Assembly: GCA_964392725.1 (NCBI GenBank)
Contig: CAYMPW010000005.1
Coordinates: forward strand, 3,658 to 67,657
Length of the DNA stretch: 64,000 bases
Direction of reading: 5' to 3'
DNA from: an uncultured Methanomassiliicoccales archaeon
GTDB taxonomy: Archaea; Thermoplasmatota; Thermoplasmata; Methanomassiliicoccales; Methanomethylophilaceae
The translations under genes were made by a program, and so were the position numbers. Numbering within the stretch: position 1 is the stretch's first letter; each line of letters begins with the position of its first letter. Below, piece by piece: positions 27,402 through 36,057 of the stretch. Below the pieces are notes generated by a model, which saw nothing but the letters and a program-made list of their open reading frames with translations, did no database searches and was not told where the DNA came from.

Positions 27402-27991
27402 CTTATGTTGACCACGATAATGTCAACGCTCTGATTTGTCTTATTGTGGAATGAGAATGTATGTGGGATATTGTACTTATAAGTTTTACGAGATATTATC
27501 TCACGACCTTTGGATTCCACGTACTTATCCAAAAAATCGGATGTTTTGGCCATATGGATGGAATAAACACAAGGCGAAAGTTCCATGGCTTTGTCTAAAA
27601 AAATACGGTCTGCACGGCGGTTTTGACAACCAAAAGGAGGATTCATAAAGATTGTATCCGCTTCTTCCGTAACGTCGTGAATATCAGACAATTCAAATTC
27701 AACATCTATCTTTAGACGTTTAGAATTTTCTTTCGCAACATCTAATGCGGATTTGGAAATATCAAACCCTTTTACCATCCCTGCCCCCATTAGTGCAGCG
27801 CCTATGGAAAATATGCCTGTGCCACATCCAAGATCAACAACTTTCATACCAACAACATCTCCCGCCCCATATGCATTGAATAAAATATCGGATGCGATCA
27901 CAGAAGGGGTAGGGTATTGTTCCAAGGAAGGATCAGGATTACGAAAAGGCTCCACTGATTCCAATGAGATCTCCAAATCCTTTTTCTTCAT
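27398..27991 (-). CDS. SAM-dependent N6-adenine-type methyltransferase (METTL5-like)
   Basis: 197 aa. DLGCGTG SAM motif and NPPFG motif IV. ATGA coupling to csl4, a known conserved neighbourhood. Confidence 0.75.
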   Translation of the reverse strand: MKKKDLEISLESVEPFRNPDPSLEQYPTPSVIASDILFNAYGAGDVVGMKVVDLGCGTGIFSIGAALMGAGMVKGFDISKSALDVAKENSKRLKIDVEFELSDIHDVTEEADTIFMNPPFGCQNRRADRIFLDKAMELSPCVYSIHMAKTSDFLDKYVESKGREIISRKTYKYNIPHTFSFHNKTNQSVDIIVVNIR

Positions 27992-28149
27992 ATTATGTAG
28001 ATGTGATTTTGGTTTTTGATTATTTGGGTGATTTGCCTATTTTTTCGCCCGTTCAAAAACCATCAACGCAATTATGTTTAAATCCATAATAGTAGAATAC
28101 ACCCATAAGCGATTGCAACGGACAAAACCGTTGTCCGCAGGTGAAACCT

Positions 28150-29754
28150 ATGTACACTATTGAGAATTCAAAATCAACAACCGGGACCAAAACCCGTGTT
28201 CCTGATGTGTCTCCTGTAAGCGGAATGTGCCCCATATGTGTCGATGACTGTAATGTCATCTGCGAAGTAGCAAAGGGAGCATTCAGAGGAAGAGAAACAC
28301 TTTATCCAGCACCTGAATATTTTGGAAAATGCACTGCAGCATCGAATAAAGATTATTTCCTTGACTGGTCTCATTTCCAGATTATGGCCGAGCTCCTCAC
28401 CGCAAAAGGTATCGAGCCTGATTCCGATATCGCATTCTTTGAAAATGTTGATATTTCCACAACAGTTGGATCAAAAAGTAAAAATCCTATCAAAATGAAG
28501 ACCCCTGTTCACCTCGCGGGTCTTGGCTCCACAGCAATCGCAAAGAAATACTGGAAAGAATTGGCTGTAGGTTCCGCTCTTTCCGGAATTTGTGAAGTCA
28601 TCGGTGAAAATGTTTGTGCAATGGATTCTGAATCTGTCTACTCTAACGGAAAAGTTCAGAGTTCCCCCGATATGGATTTCCGTGTAAATTCATTCCTTGA
28701 TCAGTGGGATGGAGAATACGGACATATTGTTATGCAGACCAACGTTGAAGATATCCGCGGTGGTGCAGATGAATACTGTCTCTCAAAACTCAACGTGGAT
28801 GTTATCGAGAGAAAATGGGGACAGGGAGCAAAAGCAATCGGTGGAGAAGTTAGACTTACAACACTTGAAAGAGCACTCGAACTCAAAGCACGCGGATACG
28901 TTGTTATGCCAGATCCTGAAGATCCTGCAGTTCAAGAAGCTTTCAAAGCCGGAGCATTCAAAACATTCGAAAGACACAGCCGTGTCGGTTTCCCCTCCGA
29001 AGAAGCATTCGTTGAAGATGTAGAAAACCTCAGATCAAAAGGAGCAAAGAACGTTTTCCTCAAGACCGGTGCATACAAACCCGAAGTGGTTGCCTTCACA
29101 ATGAGATGTGCTTCCGAAGCAAAAATCGATCTTCTTACGTTTGACGCTGCAGGCGGAGGAACAGGAATGTCCCCCAACATGCACATGGCAGAACTCAGTT
29201 CACCCGGTATCTGGCTCTTTAGTCAGGTAATGGCATGCGCCAAAGAACTCAAAGCACAGGGAAGATTCGTACCTGACCTTTCTTTTGCAGGCGGTTTCGT
29301 AAACGAATCTCAGATGTACAAGGCATTTGCACTTTCCGATCTCGGAGATGGGCCTTTGGTCAAATCAATCGCAATGTGCAGAGCACCTATTACTGCTGCA
29401 ATGAAAGGAAGTCACTTCTCCAAATTGGCTACAGATGGAAAACTCCCCACAGGATTCGCTAACCAGTATGGTGATTCTCCCGAGCAGTTCTTTATCTCTA
29501 ACAGCGATGTAAGAAAACTCCGCCCAGAAGCAGAACTTGGAACTGATATTCCATGGGGTGCAGTCGGTGTTTACACATACATCAACGACAGACTTGGAGA
29601 AGGTCTTAAACAGTTGATGGCTGGAACACGCAAGTTCAAGCTCGATTGCATCGAGAACGAAGACATCGTATGTCTCTCTGAATATGCAAGTAAAGTATCC
29701 GGTGTGGAAACATTGGATGCAAGAGCTGCAAGAGTAATGAAAGCATTGCTTTAA
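28150..29754 (+). CDS. glutamate synthase-related FMN-binding protein (GltB domain-2-like) with N-terminal Cys cluster
   Basis: About 534 aa. CPICVDDCNVIC cluster and the GGGTGMSP FMN-domain motif. ATG 28150 lies 7 nt after AGGTGA; the ORF track uses GTG 28141. Confidence 0.7.
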   Translation: MYTIENSKSTTGTKTRVPDVSPVSGMCPICVDDCNVICEVAKGAFRGRETLYPAPEYFGKCTAASNKDYFLDWSHFQIMAELLTAKGIEPDSDIAFFENVDISTTVGSKSKNPIKMKTPVHLAGLGSTAIAKKYWKELAVGSALSGICEVIGENVCAMDSESVYSNGKVQSSPDMDFRVNSFLDQWDGEYGHIVMQTNVEDIRGGADEYCLSKLNVDVIERKWGQGAKAIGGEVRLTTLERALELKARGYVVMPDPEDPAVQEAFKAGAFKTFERHSRVGFPSEEAFVEDVENLRSKGAKNVFLKTGAYKPEVVAFTMRCASEAKIDLLTFDAAGGGTGMSPNMHMAELSSPGIWLFSQVMACAKELKAQGRFVPDLSFAGGFVNESQMYKAFALSDLGDGPLVKSIAMCRAPITAAMKGSHFSKLATDGKLPTGFANQYGDSPEQFFISNSDVRKLRPEAELGTDIPWGAVGVYTYINDRLGEGLKQLMAGTRKFKLDCIENEDIVCLSEYASKVSGVETLDARAARVMKALL

Positions 29755-29767
29755 ACTTAAAAACACA

Positions 29768-29783
29768 GGGGGATTTATCCCCC
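29768..29783 (+). terminator. hairpin GGGGGA-TTTA-TCCCCC followed by ATTTTTA
   Basis: A 6-bp stem 14 nt after the TAA stop, then a T-tract. Confidence 0.6.
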
Positions 29784-29879
29784 ATTTTTATGACCTTCGC
29801 GGTTAGTTTATTTAGTTCGTTCGTTTACCTATAATTAGCATGGTTTACGCGTGTACCTCGGTTACGAGGGGGTAACAAT

Positions 29880-31430
29880 TTGGCAGCGATAAAAAAAGCA
29901 TTGATAAGCGTCTCCGATAAAGACGGAATTGTTGATTTTGCAAAAGAACTGTCTTCGTTGGGAATCGATTTGATTTCAACCGGAGGCACATACAAACTAC
30001 TGAAAGAAAATTCAATACCTGTAACAGAAGTATCTGAATTAACAGGATTCCCCGAGATGTTGGATGGTCGTGTTAAAACACTCCACCCTAAGATACACGC
30101 AGGCATTCTTGCACGCAGAGACCTTCCTGCACACATGTCCGCAATCGAGGAGAAAGGAATTGATACAATCGATATGGTTGTCATAAATCTCTATCCTTTC
30201 AAACAAACCGTTCTTAAAGAGGGTTCAACTTTCGATGATATTGTTGAGAATATCGATATCGGCGGACCCAGTATGATTCGCGCTGCAGCAAAGAATTACA
30301 AGTCCGTAGCAGTTGTTACCGATCCCGATCAGTATCCTGCAATTTTAGATCAGCTTAAAAATAACGGCGGTTTGGACGAACCTCTTTTGTCCAGACTCAT
30401 GGCTGAAGCATTCATCACCACTGCCAATTATGATTCAATGATTGCAAACCAGATGTATGGCAAATTCGGCGAAGGTTTCCCCAAATCATTCCCAGTTCCT
30501 ACAGAGAAAGTAGATGATTTGAGATATGGAGAAAATCCAAACCAGAAAGCTGCATTCTATGCAGATCCTTTCACACCCGGAACAACAGTATCCAAAGCAC
30601 AGCAACTTCACGGTAAACAGCTCTCATACAACAACATCCTTGATTTGGATAAAGCACTCGATATCTGTATGGATTTTGAAAAGCCTACTGCTGTTGTAAT
30701 GAAACACACAAACCCTTGCGGTCTTGCAAGTGCCGATAACATTTACGATGCATTTATGACCGCATACGCCGTAGACCCCCTTTCCGCATTCGGTTGCGTA
30801 ATTTGTCTCAACAGAAACTGCGATGTTAAAACCGCAGAAGAAATTTCAAAATATTTCGTTGAAGCAGTTTTAGCACCTGATTTCGATGATGGCGTATTGG
30901 AAATTCTCGAAGCAAAGAAAAACATCCGTCTTCTTAAGACCGGAACACCAATCGGACCTTCACAGAGACACAGAGAATACAAGATGAAGAAAGTTCAAGG
31001 CGGTCTTCTTGTACAGACAGATGAAGATGTACTCATTGATCCAAAGAACCTTACTGTTATTACAGAACGTGCACCCACCGAGGAAGAAATCCATGCACTT
31101 CTCTTCGCATGGAAACTTGCAAAACATGTTACTTCAAACTCTGTTGTATATGTTAAAGGAGAGCGCGCAGTCGGCATCGGAGCAGGTCAGATGAGCCGTG
31201 TCGATTCCGCAAAGATCGCAACGATGAAAGCCAACGAACCCACAGAAGGTTGCGTCATGGCGTCCGATGCTTTCTTCCCCTTCAGAGATGGTGTTGACGA
31301 GGCTGCAAAAGCCGGAGTCACCGCAATCATCCAGCCCGGAGGAAGCATCAGAGATCAAGAAGTCATCGATGCTGCAAACGAGCACGGAATGGCAATGGTA
31401 TTCACCGGTTGCCGTGTCTTTAGACACTAA
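29880..31430 (+). CDS. purH: bifunctional AICAR formyltransferase / IMP cyclohydrolase
   Basis: 516 aa. MGS-like N-terminus ALISVSDKDG and AICARFT motif KHTNPCG. TTG start preceded by GAGGGGG. Confidence 0.9.
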   Translation: MAAIKKALISVSDKDGIVDFAKELSSLGIDLISTGGTYKLLKENSIPVTEVSELTGFPEMLDGRVKTLHPKIHAGILARRDLPAHMSAIEEKGIDTIDMVVINLYPFKQTVLKEGSTFDDIVENIDIGGPSMIRAAAKNYKSVAVVTDPDQYPAILDQLKNNGGLDEPLLSRLMAEAFITTANYDSMIANQMYGKFGEGFPKSFPVPTEKVDDLRYGENPNQKAAFYADPFTPGTTVSKAQQLHGKQLSYNNILDLDKALDICMDFEKPTAVVMKHTNPCGLASADNIYDAFMTAYAVDPLSAFGCVICLNRNCDVKTAEEISKYFVEAVLAPDFDDGVLEILEAKKNIRLLKTGTPIGPSQRHREYKMKKVQGGLLVQTDEDVLIDPKNLTVITERAPTEEEIHALLFAWKLAKHVTSNSVVYVKGERAVGIGAGQMSRVDSAKIATMKANEPTEGCVMASDAFFPFRDGVDEAAKAGVTAIIQPGGSIRDQEVIDAANEHGMAMVFTGCRVFRH

Positions 31431-31438
31431 ACGTAAAA

Positions 31439-31458
31439 GGGGTGGTATTCACCACCCC
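31439..31458 (+). terminator. hairpin GGGGTGGT-ATTC-ACCACCCC followed by GCTTTTATTTTT
   Basis: A perfect 8-bp stem 9 nt after the purH TAA, then a T-tract. Also lies just downstream of the convergent 64-aa gene. Confidence 0.65.
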
Positions 31459-31475
31459 GCTTTTATTTTTAAAAA

Positions 31476-31670
31476 TTAATCTTTAAACATATTATCGGGA
31501 ACGATTGGTTTTCCCTCAGCTTTTCTCTTCATGTGGCCGCCAGGGCCGCCACGTGCTTCTCTAGCTTTGTCGATACATTCAGGATCGTCGCAAACAAATG
31601 CAGCGAATACAACATTGGTGGAAGGTTTTCCACAAATTTCGCAGGGGTAATCCTCAAAATTTATTGTCAT
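31476..31670 (-). CDS. small Cys-rich (Zn-binding-like) protein
   Basis: 64 aa. CEIC...CDDPEC pattern with a basic C-terminal tail. Confidence 0.5.
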   Translation of the reverse strand: MTINFEDYPCEICGKPSTNVVFAAFVCDDPECIDKAREARGGPGGHMKRKAEGKPIVPDNMFKD

Positions 31671-31723
31671 ACTATCCGTATCGCAATCAACATCATTAAT
31701 GGTTTCGTGTCTTAGTTTTAAAA

Positions 31724-32269
31724 TTATACTTTTGAATCTGTTCTAGGTTTATACATTACCTCTACAATTCCGTTGTAATTTTTAGATTGAATAAGTTCAA
31801 GTTTGTGTTGAGAATTCTGTTTGTTAAACAAATGAATTCCATTGCCCAAAATTGTTGGAATGATTGCTATTGAATACAAATCAATAAGATTTTTTTCAAT
31901 TAGCTGATTAGCTATCGATGCACCTCCACAAATCCAAATATCTTTTTCTTCAGAAATTTTTAATTTTTCGATAAGGGATGATAACGATTGATCTGTAAAG
32001 ATAATATCATCCCTGCTTTCAAGTTTTTTATGGGTTAAAACATAACTCTTTTTACCCTCGTATGGCCAAATATCTTTGGATAATTCTGTAATAATCTGAT
32101 TGTATGTGCCATATCCCAATATAATAGTACCAATATTTTCAAAGAATTCTGAATAACTTCCTATGTTTTTAGGATCGCTACCATCTCCTTCAAGCCAACC
32201 AACGGAACCAGTTTCATCGGCAATGTAACCATCTAGACTCATTGCAATGTAGAGTATTGTTTTTGCCAT
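31724..32269 (-). CDS. dihydrofolate reductase family protein (RibD C-terminal domain type)
   Basis: 181 aa. N-terminus ILYIAMSLDGYIADETG and GGASIANQLI motif. G+C is clearly lower than in neighbouring genes. Confidence 0.75.
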   Translation of the reverse strand: MAKTILYIAMSLDGYIADETGSVGWLEGDGSDPKNIGSYSEFFENIGTIILGYGTYNQIITELSKDIWPYEGKKSYVLTHKKLESRDDIIFTDQSLSSLIEKLKISEEKDIWICGGASIANQLIEKNLIDLYSIAIIPTILGNGIHLFNKQNSQHKLELIQSKNYNGIVEVMYKPRTDSKV

Positions 32270-32330
32270 AAATATTCGATAAGTTATGCTTATTTAACAC
32301 TAATTCTTTGTAAATAGAATTATGGAGTTA

Positions 32331-33137
32331 TCATTCGATATTCATGGAAAAACGAATGGATTTAACAGAATGGGTTAAACTTCCCATTGAAACAACATCT
32401 GCTTTACCGGCATATTCAGAAAGGTTGTCTAAAGTAATATCTCCTGATGCTTCAACGATTATTCTTTCGTTGATTGATTTTACGGCTTCACAGATTTTAC
32501 CCGACATTTCAGGTCCTACATTGTCTGCCATAATGATATCTGCACCGCATTCTGCAGCAACGATAGCATCTTCGATGGATGATACTTCAACTTCTATTTT
32601 TGTAGAAAATGATGATTTTTTCGCAAGAGTTACTGCAGATTTCACAGATCCGCATGCTGCAATATGATTGTCTTTGAGCATAACCATGTCATACAATCCG
32701 AATCTATGTGGATCTCCACCTCCGATACGGATGGCTTTCTTTTCAAAAAATCTGAAACCAGGCGTAGTTTTTCTGGTACCTGTAATTTTTGTGCCGGAGT
32801 TTTCCAAAATGTTTGCTGCTTTACGAGTGGATGTTGCGATTCCACTCATGCGCATAATCATGTTAAGAGCGGTGCGTTCAGCTGTTAACATTCCTTTTAC
32901 AGGACCGGATAACGCCATTATACGGGTTCCCGCTTTGACGTTATCTCCGTCTTTAACAAAAAGAACGCAATCCACTCCAAACATGGAAAAAATGTCTTCG
33001 GCTTCCTCAAGACCTGCAATGGTAGCTTCGTCTTCACAGACTATGCCTGCGCGTCCGTCGATATCCGGAATAATCGATGCGGAAATATCTCCCGTTCCGA
33101 TATCTTCTTCGAGGAAACGCCTGAGGTCGCCTGACAT
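32331..33137 (-). CDS. nadC: nicotinate-nucleotide diphosphorylase (quinolinate phosphoribosyltransferase)
   Basis: 268 aa. TRKTTPG and MLKDNHI motifs. Confidence 0.9.
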   Translation of the reverse strand: MSGDLRRFLEEDIGTGDISASIIPDIDGRAGIVCEDEATIAGLEEAEDIFSMFGVDCVLFVKDGDNVKAGTRIMALSGPVKGMLTAERTALNMIMRMSGIATSTRKAANILENSGTKITGTRKTTPGFRFFEKKAIRIGGGDPHRFGLYDMVMLKDNHIAACGSVKSAVTLAKKSSFSTKIEVEVSSIEDAIVAAECGADIIMADNVGPEMSGKICEAVKSINERIIVEASGDITLDNLSEYAGKADVVSMGSLTHSVKSIRFSMNIE

Positions 33138-33142
33138 TTTAA

Positions 33143-34381
33143 TTACACATCCAATTCGAATTCCACACCGGGGTCGGGGAGAATAACGTTGTATTCTTCC
33201 AAATCGGAAAGGAACAATTCTCTGACTTCGGAGTGCATGATAATTACGTTTTCAGGGTCGCAACTGCGGACGAAATCAACAATCTGTTGGTGGTCTGCGT
33301 GTGCCGAGAAATCGTATTTCTGTAATTCGCACTCAATCTTGTGTGTTTCGCCGTCGATAACGACGCAACCCTGTTCGATGAGCATTCTTCCGTTGGTTTC
33401 TTCTGCCTGATATCCAACAATGAGAACTGCGCTCTTGGGGTCATTTTTGAGTGCTTTGAGGTATCCGAGCACAGGTCCGCCGTCAAGCATTCCTCCGGTT
33501 GTAACAATAATCTGACCTTTGCGGGCGCGATCTCTCATGCCGGGGTTTCTGACCTCGTTGAATTTTCTTCTTGCATCTTTGAGAATCTTAGGGTTTGCAA
33601 GATATTCGGGATAGTCCATGAACAAACGGGTTACTGAGCGACCCATTCCATCAACCCACATGTCATAATCCAGATTCCTGAGAAGAGTCATGATTTCCTG
33701 GGTTCTTCCAATTGCGAAACAAGGGATAAGAACGGTTCCTCCCCTTTCTACAACGGATTGTACTTTTTCAAGGAACAATCTCTCGACTTCTTTTCTGTCT
33801 GGGTGAAGACGTCCACCGTATGTACCTTCGACAAAAAGGTTGGTACATTTCACGGGTTTTGCACCGTTAACAAGATTTTGATCTACGGTGTGGATATCTC
33901 CGGAATACAATGTGCTACAGTCTCCTGTAAATTCAAACATTGCAGCTCCTGGAATGTGACCTGCGCTGTGAAGCGTAACATCGATTTTTCCCAATTCAAT
34001 AGTATCTTCGAATGTGAGTGGAACAACGTTCTTCATTGTTCTGTCAATGTCGCTTGTGGTGTAAGGCAAAGGATAATTTTCCGCTTTTGCGATTTTGAGA
34101 CTGTCGTACATCATAATTTCGCCGACTTCCGCAGTAAGTGGAGTGGTGAAAAGTTCGCAACGGTCTCTTCCACATACCTGGGGAACCATTCCACAGTGAT
34201 CAAGGTGACTGTGTGTAAGGAACATGTGATCTACACGGGTTTGTGTGGGGATGGGGTACTCCGGAGGTTTTGTTGGACTCATTCCGTATTCCATGAGCAT
34301 GGTTTTACCATCGCCTTTCATAGTCATTCCCATGCGACCTACAATATCGGCTCCGCCGAGGAATTCAAATTTCATTTTCAT
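33143..34381 (-). CDS. beta-CASP family metallo-beta-lactamase ribonuclease (aCPSF2-like, no KH domains)
   Basis: HSHLDHCG motif and beta-CASP region. Preferred start is ATG 34381, 9 nt after GGAG; the ORF track starts at 34408. Confidence 0.75.
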   Translation of the reverse strand: MKMKFEFLGGADIVGRMGMTMKGDGKTMLMEYGMSPTKPPEYPIPTQTRVDHMFLTHSHLDHCGMVPQVCGRDRCELFTTPLTAEVGEIMMYDSLKIAKAENYPLPYTTSDIDRTMKNVVPLTFEDTIELGKIDVTLHSAGHIPGAAMFEFTGDCSTLYSGDIHTVDQNLVNGAKPVKCTNLFVEGTYGGRLHPDRKEVERLFLEKVQSVVERGGTVLIPCFAIGRTQEIMTLLRNLDYDMWVDGMGRSVTRLFMDYPEYLANPKILKDARRKFNEVRNPGMRDRARKGQIIVTTGGMLDGGPVLGYLKALKNDPKSAVLIVGYQAEETNGRMLIEQGCVVIDGETHKIECELQKYDFSAHADHQQIVDFVRSCDPENVIIMHSEVRELFLSDLEEYNVILPDPGVEFELDV

Positions 34382-34586
34382 TAATTTCTCTCCTATTTTT
34401 TGCCTCAAAGAGGACTTTGTGAAAAGAATCTACGATTCTTTGACTGTGATATTTGTAAATATTAAGGCGTGCGCCTGTGTAATATATAAACGACCTATTT
34501 CCTAGTTATATATTTATCTTGCCCAATATAACGCGAGTATATAATCAAGGGGTAAGTTAAAATCTTAGGATGTCGGTACTGTTCCC

Positions 34587-35894
34587 ATGGTTAAAGTGGA
34601 GTCGCTGAAAGATCACACCAAATTATTCGGATTTTCGGGTATATTGGCTGCTGTAATTTTCTTGATAGCGTTGATCGTTTCAATTCTTACATCTGTTGAT
34701 TGGACGTTGGGAATAAATCATATTTCAGAGCTTGGATTTAATTCTGGCTCTTCTTTGTACTATATGATTGGTTGTATTTCAGCAGGTATAATTTCTTTGA
34801 TTTTCGCGTTTGGAAACTTTATCCGTGCCGATAACATTTTTGGAAAATTTTCAGGAATCTTATTGTTTATATCAGGTGTATTTTTGATTCTTTTAGGAAT
34901 AATTACCACAGGCGATTCTAATGACAGCCTTATCTTGATATTTTATGGATTGGCCATAATTTCTGTTGCATCATCTGCCATTGCAGATTTCAAAAGTAAC
35001 GCAACATTGAATGCATTTATTTCAGGACTTTTTACAGTAATATTATTGGTGCTTGTTTACGTATCAGGTGACGGATTACTTTTTGCTGTTCTTTTATGCA
35101 TCTGGGTCATATTCCAAAGTATAATGTTTTTGGCGCCACCTGTTGACGTTGTGGCTAAACCTAAAGCAACACCCGCAAAGAAAGTTAAAGCCGAATCCAA
35201 ACCCAGTGAAAAGTCGAAACCAGCACCCGCAAAAGCAAAACCCACTCCTGCAAAACCTAAGCCTGTGCCTGCAAAATCAGAACCAAAGGAAGAGGAAAAG
35301 GCTGAAAAACCAGTCGAAGAGGCACCTATTGTAGAAGCAACTCCTGAACCAAAACTTGTTGAGAAAAAAATAGCCTCTGAACCAGAAAAACCTTCTGAGG
35401 AAGTTAAACCGCTTAGACCTAAAATTGCCTTCAAAGAACAACCAACACCCGATGACGCAATTCGTAGATCTGAAACTAAGCCCACTCCAGAACCTGTTAA
35501 AACTGTGTCTGAAAAAGAAGATTCCGTAGTCGAAAAATTTACAGAGCCAGTAACTGAAAAAGTAGAAGTTATTGAAGAAAAACCTGTAGATGATGAGTTC
35601 ACAGATAATTCTCCTGAAGCCTTGGTAAGAAGAGCATGCTGGAACAAAGGACTTAGGTGCAGAAGAGGATACGGAGATCACAATATACCTGTGGCATTCG
35701 TTAAGGGAAAAGTAGCAGTTTTTGTTGAACCAAAAGATGCAGATCAATCCAAAGATGCAATATTGGTCTCCGAAGGATGGAATGTATTCAGATACGATGA
35801 AACAACGATTTCAAACGGTGAGACTCAAGCAGAAGAGATTGTTGCTAAAGTCAAAGAGAATCTTCGTGCCAGTAAAACAAAAAAGAAGAAGTGA
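34587..35894 (+). CDS. fusion protein: DUF998-like membrane domain + Lys/Pro/Glu/Ala-rich linker + C-terminal DUF559/Vsr-like (PD-(D/E)xK-type) domain
   Basis: 435 aa. Residues 1-185 are paralogous to the 10289-10858 product. Residues 185-340 are low-complexity (PAKxKP-like). Residues 341-425 have the motif order of restriction-endonuclease-like DUF559 domains. Confidence 0.6.
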   Translation: MVKVESLKDHTKLFGFSGILAAVIFLIALIVSILTSVDWTLGINHISELGFNSGSSLYYMIGCISAGIISLIFAFGNFIRADNIFGKFSGILLFISGVFLILLGIITTGDSNDSLILIFYGLAIISVASSAIADFKSNATLNAFISGLFTVILLVLVYVSGDGLLFAVLLCIWVIFQSIMFLAPPVDVVAKPKATPAKKVKAESKPSEKSKPAPAKAKPTPAKPKPVPAKSEPKEEEKAEKPVEEAPIVEATPEPKLVEKKIASEPEKPSEEVKPLRPKIAFKEQPTPDDAIRRSETKPTPEPVKTVSEKEDSVVEKFTEPVTEKVEVIEEKPVDDEFTDNSPEALVRRACWNKGLRCRRGYGDHNIPVAFVKGKVAVFVEPKDADQSKDAILVSEGWNVFRYDETTISNGETQAEEIVAKVKENLRASKTKKKK

Positions 35895-35969
35895 TAATTC
35901 TTATTTTTGTTTCTACAAAACCTCTTTCATTTTTTACATTTTTTATCAATCGGTTCCTTTTTTCTAAAG

Positions 35970-35990
35970 TTATTCGCGCGCCTTTATACG
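35970..35990 (+). promoter_or_regulatory. TTATTCGCGCG-CC-TTTATAC element upstream of tfs
   Basis: The 11-mer is identical to 5741-5751. A second TTTATAC lies at 36018-36024 and a second CG tract at 35994-36005. Confidence 0.4.
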
Positions 35991-36057
35991 TTACGCCCCC
36001 GCGCGTTAAAAAACTTATTTATACAGACAGTTATTGTAGGAATTGAGGCTGATAAGT

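Noticed and set aside
29856-29879. Short stem CCTCG-GTTA-CGAGG overlapping the purH Shine-Dalgarno, considered as a purine-responsive regulatory structure.
   Set aside because: The stem is only 5 bp with no further conserved structure. Purine riboswitches are not established in archaea, so the evidence is too weak to report as a finding.
35057-35747. Two overlapping minus-strand ORFs (196 and 156 aa) across the Lys/Pro/Glu-rich linker of the 34587-35894 gene.
   Set aside because: They are artefacts of the repetitive, purine-biased sense strand. Their translations are Ser/Gly/Phe-rich low-complexity sequence.
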